Source: Lytechinus pictus (taxonomy: Eukaryota). Taken from it: a stretch of 64,000 bases of DNA. Under the pieces are notes generated by a model. It was given only the letters and a program-made list of their open reading frames with translations, had not been told where the DNA came from and made no database searches. Made by a program: the position numbers and the translations under genes. Below are positions 42,119 to 54,300 of the stretch, piece after piece. Where the stretch lies: NCBI RefSeq assembly GCF_037042905.1, contig NC_087251.1, forward strand, positions 47,432,001 through 47,496,000. The letters are read 5' to 3'. The number at the start of each line of letters is the position of its first letter. Within the stretch, counting starts at the first letter, position 1.

Positions 42119-44759
42119 TCTAAGGCCCCCATAATAACACAATATTCCATATTTTATATAAGCTCGGGTTCTATCTCTCTGAAAAATAATCAAGACAATT
42201 ATATAAATTCAAATTCATATTTATCAAAGGTAATAATTGATACAGGGCTATGGGAACGATTTTTTAGTGGGGGTGCTGATGTAAATTTGAAAAGCAAAAA
42301 AAAATAATAATAAAAAGAAAAGGGTTTTCACCACAAAATATGGAGGTCAAATTGGTCCCGAGAAATCTGAAAAGCAAAAAAAAAGGGTTTCACTACGAAA
42401 TGGAGGTCAAATTATCCCCGACAAATTTGAAATGAAAGAAAAAAAAGAGGGGGGGGGGGTTCACTGCAAAATGAAGGGCATTTTAGTAACATTTTTCAAT
42501 TTCTACACATCTTCCAAAATACCTGGGGGTGCTGCCTATGGAGAATAATACACGCAGCGCCTCCAAGGAATTTTTCCAAGGCCATGGATCGATACGATTT
42601 TTTTTTTTTTCCTTCTTTATTTGGGATATGTACATTTTTTACGTGAGCTCCATTTTAAAGTATCTTAAGTTTCATTAACTAAATATATCTACAATTATTA
42701 TCATCTAAAAATCATTATTATTTCTAGAATGAATATTATCATCAATATTGTTATTACATTATTATCATTATTGTTATTATTATTTATATTATGGTCATTA
42801 TTGTTATCATCATCATCATTATCGTTATTATTGGTATAATTTATGAAATGTTTTTATTTTAAAGTGGAATGAAATGAATCACCACAAACTGTTTTACTTT
42901 TATGAAGTCTACCAGATAGGGTTTAACGTTTCAGGTGGGCGTTTCTTCAAGCTTTTTGTAAAGTGAATCTCACGCATGACTGGAATGTGTTCTTCGCTGC
43001 CAAGTCAGCTACAGAGGAGTATAGCTGTCGGATCTATTGCACTTTTACTTTCAACCAGCATAAATGAGATGAAACAGTACAGGATATACAGTTCATATAA
43101 TTGAAGATGATGAATAAGTTGATAAAGACAAATGGTGACTGTAAATAAACTCTGCAAACTGATATGATCTTCTGTAGCTCTAAAATCTTATCTCCAATCT
43201 ATCTTATCCAAACTGACCCGAGTTCATAAATGCCCTTTTTTTCTGGTCAAGACTCTCTACAGCCAGACAGCTGTGGTTCAGCCTTGAGTAGTTGGGAGTT
43301 TGTCCATAACTGTACTTCATAATTTTACTCTGAATTGGGAGGAGTGTATGCATAGGAGTGGGCCAGTTGGTGAGGAGGAATGTAGTGAATAAATAACCCC
43401 ATAAAATGTGTGTGCGTCAGAGGTTTAGCTCGAAGGAGTAATACTTTCTGAAGAAAGTTGGAGTCGGTAAACAGATGGTTTCCTGTTATACTTCCTGTAT
43501 ATATTAATGAATATATGAGATATGTCTAATATCATCACATAGCAATACCATTTAGCATAAGGGTCACCAGTCAACCGTATAGTCGTTTGTGCAAGCTTTA
43601 TGAAACACCTCTACCAGAATCAGTTTGAATAATCTATGGAATGTCAGGTAGGTGTATCATACCAATGTTGACTTTACATATAGACTGGTGACACATTCTC
43701 GTGCTAAATAATATATCCCTAAATGGAACTGAATGAGCACCCAAGACATTTTTCAGTCATGCAAAGTTGGGCTAACTCCCGGGAGGGGGGGGGGGGGGCT
43801 ACTTAGCATAAATGTATGATACGTATGTGCCGTGGTTGAGACCCCCATTTTCAGCCTAAATTCCCATTCCAGAGCATCACCAATTTAGAAAGACATAGAA
43901 ATTCCTATTTTTCCCCGTTCCAGAGACCCTCAAATTTGTGGTTTCTCGTTCCAGTGTGCGCCCATCATGAACTACTCAGCCAGTCAGGACGGCGAACTCG
44001 ATCGACGAGAGTCTCTAGTGTTCCAGAGACGCCCATTTTTGATGCGATCAGTTTCAGAGCAATGCATTTTTAGCAATCAAGGGCCGTTCCGGAGACCCCC
44101 ATTTTAAGGACCAATATTTAGTTCCTGAGCCCCCTATTTTCGACTTTGGTGTGGCACATAGGTATCATGTTATAAATCGGGGGGGGGGGCTAACTTTACA
44201 ACAAGCATTATAAAACACTTACCAGGAACCCATTGCAGAAAGTGATGCGATCAAATGCAATTCTAATAATCAAACACAACTTTAGTTTTAACCAATGATT
44301 AACGGATATTAGGGATTTCAGCTTGATTTTTGTAAGCGCGTTTGAACAAAACTCTTTCTAAAACGGGTCCAAGACACTGAAATTCAGAAAGAGTTTAAAT
44401 AGGTTATGAATATAAGCAATTTCAATACAATATTTGAAATAAATAATACAGTAATGAACTTGTTTGACTCAGTAAACATTCTTACAACTGCAGGGATGTC
44501 AACCCATTATCAAAATGATGCAGTATTTTGAGGGATTATAAAAAAAAAGGATAATTAAGGGTGCAAACAGAGTATTTTAAACTTTCTCTCGAGGGCATCT
44601 GCATAATATGATTTTGAGAATTCGTTTTTTCATGAAAGCTACAGTATTTTCATTAAAAGGGGGTAAAATACTGCAAAAAGGAACAGTTGGCATCTCTGCA
44701 ATTGTGCGAACATGTGGAAATGAAACAATTCACAAGAAATGAAAAGACCGTTCAAAAAC

Positions 44760-45828
44760 AATAACTCATTGAATAACATTTTATTGTGGGTATACATACA
44801 AGGTACTTCATTAGCTCAAAATCAATTCAGTATTTTTTTTTATCATTTTCAATTATATTTTACATTCGATTGTGCAAGTTTTACTGTTCAATATATAAGC
44901 ATGTAGAATGACCAAGGCATGTAAACATTACAAGTACACTTTCATTTGCTGTGTTATTGCAAATTTACAGACAGAAATGCACTGTGCATCGTGCTACAGA
45001 CAAAAGCAACCAACACATACTGGTATGATAGCACTAACTGTTATTGCTAAGATACCTTAACCTTATAATCATAAGTCTACATGAAGCAAAGGAACAGAAG
45101 TGAAGGTTTGGGATTTGACTGGAAAAGCACACAAAAATTGCATAATTTCTAGGAAAAAATCATATGATTTCTAGGAAAATTGTCAGCTATCTTTTAAGAA
45201 GTAATATAATCGAAAGCAAAGTCTGTTTGCTATCCATACAAACTCATATGATGGTTCTTATGTCTCAATGCATACCAACCCCCTTTCCATTTACTTGAAT
45301 ATCAAGAATTGGAACCGATTGTAACAAATTGCAATCCTTGTAGATAGCAGTCCTCGTGAAAAGTAAAATAATCCAAACATACATGCATGGACTGGTCATG
45401 TACAAATACAACATATATATATCATCCAGCTTACACGTTTCCATTTCTCAGACAAGAAACTCATTCTCTTGCAAAAAAAATTAACACAAAACATAGAGTT
45501 ACTGGTAACCATTAAAATGACAATATATTTTTTCCTGAATTTAGGTGTTAGGATGGTGGTAGATTGCTTGTGACTGTAGATATTTCTACCTGCTTCTCTG
45601 CATATATATTTTTCTGTAGAGAGATTAAAAGAAATGCTTAAACTAATACAAAAGTCACACCACTGATAGATGCAGGAAAGATTGAACATATACTAATAAA
45701 AATAAACAAATCAAATCAATTGTCTGATGATTCATTTGATATGTCGCATAGCTGATTCTCAGAATCTATTTGCAATATCATGAAGTAACCAAGTTATAAA
45801 TCATTGGTTTTTTTTATCCAGAACATTG

Positions 45829-45881
<53 letters not shown>

Positions 45882-48335
45882 TGATATGTGGATGGAATTA
45901 GGTAGATGGGCGGAGGGGGAGGTGGGGGGGGGGGGGTTAATAGAGGGGAATACATAATACAAATACATTGTACATTACACGGTATCAAACAATAAAAAGA
46001 AAATCAGATATTTGCACATGGTGATCACGAGTTGTCCGAATTTGGCTAAGAAAAATAATAGAGGCAAGAATCTATGAATCAAAATAGACAAAACTAAACT
46101 GTATCTGATGTCTGCTGAGCTGACGATATTAAAAAATCAACAACCCTAAACAGTATTTTATGATGATTTCTGAGATGCAATCAAATTGATTGTACGGATA
46201 TAGCATATTACATTAAACACGAAATATAAACAGTATTTTATGATGATTTCTGAGTTGCTATCAAATCAATTGTACGTATAATGGCATTTCCATGTAGGCT
46301 TTGGCTGTTTGGCAAGGCACTATACATAGCACACATTGTTGATGATTTGGTTTGTAATGTAAATTAACATGGATGATACAAAAACACAATACAAAAAAAA
46401 CCAGCACGTTCTGATTCTTGGCTTCTGGCTGCCGTGTAGATCAAGGCACGTGGAACTAAAAAATGGCGACCCTGGGTTTGTTGTTTATTGCTAATACCAT
46501 TTGGTGATCAAAATAATTCATAACCACATTTCCTGTCTGAATAGGTGATTAAATAATAATCAGACTATTTTTCAACTTATATCTCTTTTTCTTTTATGAT
46601 TTTCTGCTGCAATAGATTTAAAACCTCCCACAATGATGGTCATAAACATTAGATCATTTAAAGAAAGACATTTGAATGTCCACTAATTCCCTGCACATTT
46701 AATGTAAAAACCGCAGAGTACAATCAGACTTTGTTTTGAAATATCACTTGATTATTAAAACAAGTCTTTTGTTAAATCCTTTTGTTAAATCGTGAATTTT
46801 GTTTCCATAAGCATATTTTTTGTACCAATTCTGCCATCAGAAATAATATGTAAAATACACTTTGCACTTTGATGACAATTTTTTACATCCTTAAAGAACT
46901 AATGCTGAATGTGAGTTGATATTCATTTCATTACAAAGTTACAATGCATTAACAAATACAAAATACATCACACAGGCACTTGGATGTATGCAGATTCTTA
47001 CTGTTTGAAATAATTGCAGTGCTTTTGCAAATGTCGTCAAAATACTGAATTACAAATTGTTTTCAATGAACTACACCTACTCTAAATACAATACCAGCTA
47101 ATACCATCTACCATAAACGCTACTAAAAATAATCATTTAAATAGAAAAAAAAAATGCATGTATACATAATAAATGATTACACCAAACAGTACAATTAAAA
47201 CAATTTATAAATATAACACTTTAAATGTGTATATGCAAATTAAGGTGAACAGAGATACATTGAGGGTTAAACCTTCAAACCATAAATACATCATTTTTGT
47301 TCCATTTGTTCCTGGCTAAAATCATTTCTCATACATAAACAATAAAATCATAATAATACCCAGCTTGCTAATGTGAAATACCAGCATTTCGACTAAATTA
47401 CCCAGAAGGCAGTCTTCAAAAATCATAGACTCGGTAACAATCGACATCATCAAAACATAACCCCTACCTACCTCCATGAAGTATGAAGCTCTCCAACTCA
47501 AATTTACATTGTTTTTGAAGAGTTCTTTATAAATAATTCTCCAGCTCAAAATTTTGAAGCTATAGATCACATTGGAATATCCAATGCTTCGATATTACAC
47601 AAGCTAAGCATATACAATCTCACTGGCCAGTTAAAGCAAAGATTCTTATCTTATGCACATGCAGTACAAGGCTCACATAACATTACCATTCTGATATCTT
47701 ACAACATTTGTAATCATTATGCACATCATTTTTTGGACATAGTTGATCATCAAAGCTTCTTTCTTTCTTCAAGCCATGACAGGATTTTAGCTTTTCATAA
47801 CTTCATGCTATCACTATTATCCAGACTGGGATAAAAGCAAGATATCTATAGAAGTAATAGCAACAGGTCATGACCCTTACATAATATTACATTATATTTG
47901 TTGCAAAATAACTGTACATTTGGGAATCATTTCAAATATTCAATTGATTAATCAATATTACTTGGATTTACAATGGATATATAAAAAGAGATATAAAGAA
48001 TACATGATTTTCTTCTTTTTTTCATGCTGTATCTGTAGCAGTGGCTTCGAGGAGGCATGTTTTTGAAACCTCTGATCTACAAAATGAACACATATCATTT
48101 CATGAATGTTTTATTTAACTGCACAGCCATAAATACAAGGGAATGACTGGAAATAGCATCCAACTTTTTTTTTCTCTCTCCATTCCAAATGAATGGCGAA
48201 TCGGTTCCCACATTCTTTAAACATAAAATTCTAGCGTTAGTTACAGTACAGGACCAAGCGGCTGTAGGATTCCATGCAGCTGATCAGCAAAGAAATTTAC
48301 AGACGTTATAAACTCTACGACCGATGGTGTTGCAT
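44760..48335 (-). other. Probable ~3.6-kb 3'UTR of the CBM48 gene
   Basis: I recognised no MITE in this stretch after the stop codon; minus-strand AATAAA at 44780-44785 (and another near 48110). Confidence 0.45.
45829..45879 (+). repeat. (GA)n microsatellite
   Basis: Direct reading. Confidence 0.95.
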
Positions 48336-48386
48336 TCATGCCACAGTTACGGTGTTGTTCAGACCGAGCTCGCCTTCTACGGTGGC
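48336..48386 (-). CDS. CBM48-protein terminal coding exon
   Basis: ATTTTCTCTTTCAG| ATVEGELGLNNTVTVA*; matches the final CBM48 strand (AMPK beta FGTVNNFINV). Confidence 0.87.
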   Translation of the reverse strand, partial: ATVEGELGLNNTVTVA

Positions 48387-51300
48387 CTGAAAGAGAAAAT
48401 TATGGGAATAAAGATTGAAAAAAAAGTTATAACTGGTCATGATATATGAAGAGAGGACCACATAACACAAACCTTAGTAATCAATCATGGGCTGATTTCT
48501 ATGATCAATTACATTGATAATTGTGAATAATCAATTGTAAAAATTAGCCACGCAATCAATTGCTAAACTTAATGATATAGGCCCGTACTCTGAACTCGGG
48601 TTTAAATCAAACCCTTGTTTAAAGTTGTGGTTTAACTATGGAGAGCCAATTGGAGCACAAATCCCTAACAGAACACTAACTCATATGACACCCAAATTGT
48701 TCATAAATGTCCGGGAATGATAACTGAAGTATTTTTCTTCATTATGAAAGCAAAAGGAAACAAAATAGTAAACATAAGAAATATACAATATGAACAGAAT
48801 TTTTTAACTTTTGGCTCCCCATAATTTTAGCACAGTGTTAAACCATGGTCTAATTTAAAAAAGACTTCAGAATACGGGCCATAGGGTGTTTCATAAAGGA
48901 CTTTTAACTGTTGTAACTTTGCCATTATCGTAACTACCATGGTAACCTTGATTATGATTGGCTGCTGAGCCCTGTTACCATGGTAGTTGCCATAATGGCA
49001 AAGTTACAACAGTTGTAAGTCCTTTATGAAACAGGCCCAAGGTCATGATAGATAATGAAAGGTTTACATCCCGATGGACAGCATTGTACAGCAACAGTAA
49101 CTCGGTACATAGCATTTCAATATTTCTAAATTCTTGGGGACATTTCATAAAAGTCGCCAACATTGACTATACAGCTTGGGAAATCATTATTAGACCTTGC
49201 TGAATGAGAGCTTCGTAGGCAAATAAATTATTTGAATTTATTCGAATATTGACCCTCTGTATTTTAATTTTCTGATTGTCTCTATATTTGTATGCCCAAC
49301 GGGTCGTGTGGTCCAGTGGTTAGAGCATTGGACTCATAATCGCAAGGTTGTGAGTTCGAATCCCAACTCTGCCATTGTCTCCACTTTGATAAAAAGGCCC
49401 AAGAGTGATATCTGTCGTCTATTACGTCAGCCACTATGACTGATTAACCTAGACGTAAAATGTTTCCAAGGTAATTGGTTATATACCAGCTTGGCGTTTA
49501 CCAGCAAAAAATGCTGTCCTGCCGAGTTCCTACGGTAGTTACCACAAACAGAAACAGAAAACAGAATTGTTGTGATATTTTCATTTTCATATTCTTTATT
49601 GTTCTTTTCTTTGCTAATAGTGCTTTGCAACTTCTGTATAAAGCACTTTATGAATTTTGTACATTATTATCTAATAATTATTTCCCAAACTGTATTATAA
49701 ACTTTGACAATATCAGTGAAATCCTTGATTTCTGACTGTTCTGATTGTCAGAATAGGACAATTTGTCAAAGCTGACAAGCTTCATTAAATAGTGTCCAGA
49801 TCCAAACTATTTATATTTGATGGTTTTCTAATGCATCATAACTCCTCAAATTTTCCTAGATCTATATGTTTCATGATTTTTTTCCTCTCTTTCTTTTTGT
49901 GATTTAAATGTAATCAATTTTCACTGCAGACAACAAGAACACGCTTCTGGTACATTTAAGTTACAAAACGTTCCTCACTATGTTGAAACTCAAAGCGTAA
50001 CACAAGACAAAAATCTTTGAAGTATACAATTTCTAAATAGAAAATGAACAAAGTATAGCACCACTGCAATCACGGACCCAAATAAAAATGCAAACAAAGA
50101 GAATGAAAGCCAATAATTTAGCTGACCATTAAATGTTCATGTCTGTATCACACAAAGATGATTTCATAAACGTGTAATTTCTAAAATTATGTTGTGAGAT
50201 AAAATATGCATGCACATCAAATATAGAAAATACAATATCAAAATCTCGGATTGCAGTTTGAAGACGATATAAAGCTATGAACCAGAAATATATCTACATT
50301 TTCATGCACATATCAAAACACACAGAGGTATAACTCCTCTGATAATTTTTATATCAAAAGACTATTGTAACCCTGGTTATCATCTGTGTCTTTAATACAG
50401 ACAGAGCTCAAAATTTGATGATAGCCAATCAATGTCTTACAATTTGGGGTCACTTTCCACTCTATTCATTATTTTGTTCTGTTAATGCGGAAATTAAACT
50501 TAACATGCCTTTCTCATTGTTTATGCTCTTTTGTGAATCTAGAGGAACCAAGATGAAATTGCAAAATTAAGTAAAAAAAAAAAATTAAAAGGAAATAGGT
50601 GAGAAAACAAGAGCTTGACATTATCAATGTAATTTTGAAAAAGAAAACACTTTGAAATTAATTTAAGCATATTGAGTAAAATTACGTAAGCAATACAGCA
50701 AATGATTCCATACAAATATTAAAAAAAAAACAATTGATGCTGATACTACCTGATAGGCCTAAATTCAACATATAAAATACATTCTTCTGAATAATTCCAT
50801 GAAATAACTATCTTTTTTGTAGTATGTTCAATCCCATTTAGATAATTTTAATATTTCGATGAGTCAGCACAAAATGAAGGCCAATCCTGCTACGAAGGTC
50901 TCATATCAGATACTTTATAAAATTGCCCTTCTTCTTTGTCTACTTTGGAAACACCTGCATCCTTTACTGCTGAAGATTCTTGCAGATTCTTAAAAACATA
51001 TGGAGTATTTCATGAAAAAAAAGGAATTTCACGGAATATTGTTTATAAAAATCCTTGCATATCTGATTGGCAAAAAGCAAATTAGTCATAAAACTTTTCA
51101 TGAAACACTCTAAATGTTTGACCTGAACTGCAGGATAGCCAGAAAACCAATATCGTTGGTTTGCTGTCAAAAAGTTTTGAGGACAGCCCAGGAAAAGTTG
51201 CATTTTAGAATCATGGTAATGGCAGCAACCCCCCCCCCCTCCCCCCGCTTTCTGAGAACGTAAGTCTACCAATTCCTGTCAGGAACTCTTACAAGCTAAT

Positions 51301-54300
51301 AGACGATTACACCTATGCTTCAACTCTAAGATATAGCTTTTTTTGAGCTGTCTTCCCTTTTCTTAAGTTTTGAGAAAAAGGGTTTTAACAGCTCAAGAAC
51401 TGGATTTGGTCACAAGGAACAATACTTGACCAACACACCACAGCAATAAACAACTCTTGCCAGAATGAACAGGTAAGGAACAGCACATCAAAATGTGAAC
51501 AGCGCCCCCTTCTGGCAGGCATCTGCCATGCTTCTCACCTGCTTGGAGTCTACCTTGTCTTCACCATCGACTACAAACTTGTAGCTGTAGTCTCCTGCAA
51601 GGAGGTCCATTTTAACACTGAAGCAGCCATCACTGTAAGTGTGTATGTAGTGGAATGAATGGGGTTATAAGATATTCATAAAAAAAACTTGAGGCAAGGC
51701 TGGGGGAGGGGATGAGAGAATGTAATAATGCTGCCTGCATAGTGCATACCAAGGTCGAGGAGGATACTTTGCTGATTATATCATTTGCATAGATTTACTG
51801 GATTAATCAAAAGAGATGATCCTTGCAAATTCTGATTTAAATTTTACCAAAGGAAACAAATAGCTTTTATTTAAAATTCAAAGTCCTCCTTCCTGTCCCC
51901 TCCTATGCAGGAAACATCATCCGTTCTTCTCATCACAAAGTTTGATACCATCATTCCATGCTCATTCCTGAATTGATATTCTTCAAGAGGAATTTCATTA
52001 CCATTATTATGCCCCACTCGCACGCACCAGCAAAACTAACTCCAGACCGACTTATAATATGCCATTGAAAATAATGCAAAAGCTTTGGCCGGTCTGGAGT
52101 CGGCCTCGTTGGTGTGATTGTCCCATTTCAAGCATCACCAAATACGGATCAAGGCCGGTGGTCCCTTTATCAATGTCTACGGGGATTCCGAGGATAATCA
52201 TCCAACGAAACACAGATGAGCATGAAGCGATGTACCAAACTCCCCTCCAGGCAAGCCTTCATTAAATACACAAACATACAAACTGTTGCATCTTGTTACC
52301 TGTTTCATACTCGTCTTCCACTCGCCGTCTACGATAAACTTGTATGTCCATTCCCCGGGGCCAAGGGACAGCGTTTGTGCAAACGTGCCTTCCTCACTAC
52401 CTCATTAAAATAGGGTATGGAGTAGGGGTGGTAGTAGTGGTGGTGGAAGTAGTGGTAGGGAGAATAGCAGGAGGGTATGAAGAAGTTAGTAGTGGTAGTA
52501 GTAGTAGTAGTAGTAAAAGGGTATGAAATAGTAGTAGGAGTTATCATACAGGTTAATAGTGAGGCAGAGGGGATATGTATTAGTTATATAAAAAGTTTAA
52601 TCAGTTCACATTTTTCATTTCCAATTTAGTATGAATGCAACACGTGGATTGGAAGTGCGCATATTATTTTGGTTGGTAGATGAGGTATGTGTGAGAGAGG
52701 ATTGATATATTTCAAAGGAAAAATCATTCAAAAAATGAATGAATTCAAAACCATGCATGACGTGACCAACAATGAATGACATTGTATACAAAGAAATTGC
52801 AAGGGGGAGGGTGTCGTTTGTTTGTTTGGTGTTTGCACAGACATGAATTCATTTGATTGAAAGAGATTTTGCCATTTTATCATTTGCAATAAAGGTTTGT
52901 AAAAAAGTGCAAATATTTGTATTCAATAAAATTGAGCAAAAAATTAAATCCAATCAAACCACAGCATGCAGTATTTTCAAATATGAAAAAAAAATAATAA
53001 GATTGTGAATTATAATGGATAGAATGGGGAAATAATTTTTTCTAATGAAAATTGAAATGAAAAAAAAAATAAATTAAAGGTTTGATCAAAAATGAAAATT
53101 GAAAGAAGCAATTAGAGGTTAGACAGAAAATGAATGTGAGGAAAGACAAAATACAAAACAAATAACAAATGAGACACAAATACATCTTATTCCAAATAAA
53201 CAAGTTTAAGGAGGTAAATGAAAAAGGCATGCAGCATGCAGTACACCTCCATGTATTTCAAGCCATTCTGACTTCACAATCTGTGACTCCAATATTGAAC
53301 ATGTCACATATAGGTATTCAGTCAGTAAGCTGGCCCTGATAAAAAGTAGCTTCTTTCATCAGATTGATATTCATGATTAGAGTGGTCTTGCATATTTAAT
53401 GAGCTTAATGCTGACCAAAACACCTCTTTTAATTTGTTCATTGCTGCTCTAAATATTTATGGAATTCATTATTTTGGTATCATTGAAAAGAAGAAGAAAC
53501 ATTCTTTCGGGTCATATGTTTGAATTTATTTAGAAATTTTGCAATGTTGTTGAAAATTTTGATCTAAAACATGCTAATTTTTTTTTTTTTTCACCTTACA
53601 AAAGGTCATATTCATATTTGTTTGAGCCAAAATTATTTTTAGATCATAATAAAGCTGAATATGTTAATGGTATAGGTTTCAAGAGAAGAATTGGTTTAAT
53701 TGGGTTGAGATCACACTTTTCATAGGCCAAGTAAATTTATCAGCTTGAAAATAAGAACACTGTGCACTCTGATTGGTCAAAGAGACTACACACCCAGCCA
53801 AATTCAAACTGTTTCCATACTGGGGCCCTTCCAAGGTCACACTCCCCATGTGGAAATCTCTTCAAATTAACCTCGCCAGTTGTTCTGAAACCTTATCCAG
53901 CCAATCAGAACTCTGGATTTCATGCATGCAACTCAGAAATTTTAGAAATCTTGTCTTTTACCTTGGTGAGAAAAGTGTAATCTTGACCCGATCAAAAGGT
54001 GACACATATAAGAGTGGCAGTGTAAGAAAGTACATATTTTCAGCTTTGTGATGATTTAAATATGTTTGAGGCTCAAAATAGTAAATTTTGCACAATTTGC
54101 AAAAGAAAACAGAAGAAACTCAATTTTTGAGGCATCTCTTCAGGTCTGACATTTACTCTATCAAATGGTGCAATAATATTTAATTTGACCATAGGATAAA
54201 GTGGTTAAGTTCTTAGAGAAAGAAATCTCATGATTCATGAGATTTTGCATGGAGGATTCAGCCACAAGATGATTTGGATGAATCTGGCCAATTTGCTCAT

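Noticed and set aside
43000..43480. Possible decayed LINE endonuclease fragment (YTPPNS on the minus strand)
   Set aside because: Too degraded to support from sequence alone.
46148..46290. ~60-bp direct duplication containing TGATGA and CTGA
   Set aside because: The boxes are too close for a C/D snoRNA; ordinary local duplication in a putative 3'UTR.
49301..49375. tRNA-Met(CAT)-like sequence
   Set aside because: Acceptor and anticodon stems pair poorly, and it continues into a SINE body and simple-repeat tail; called a SINE head.
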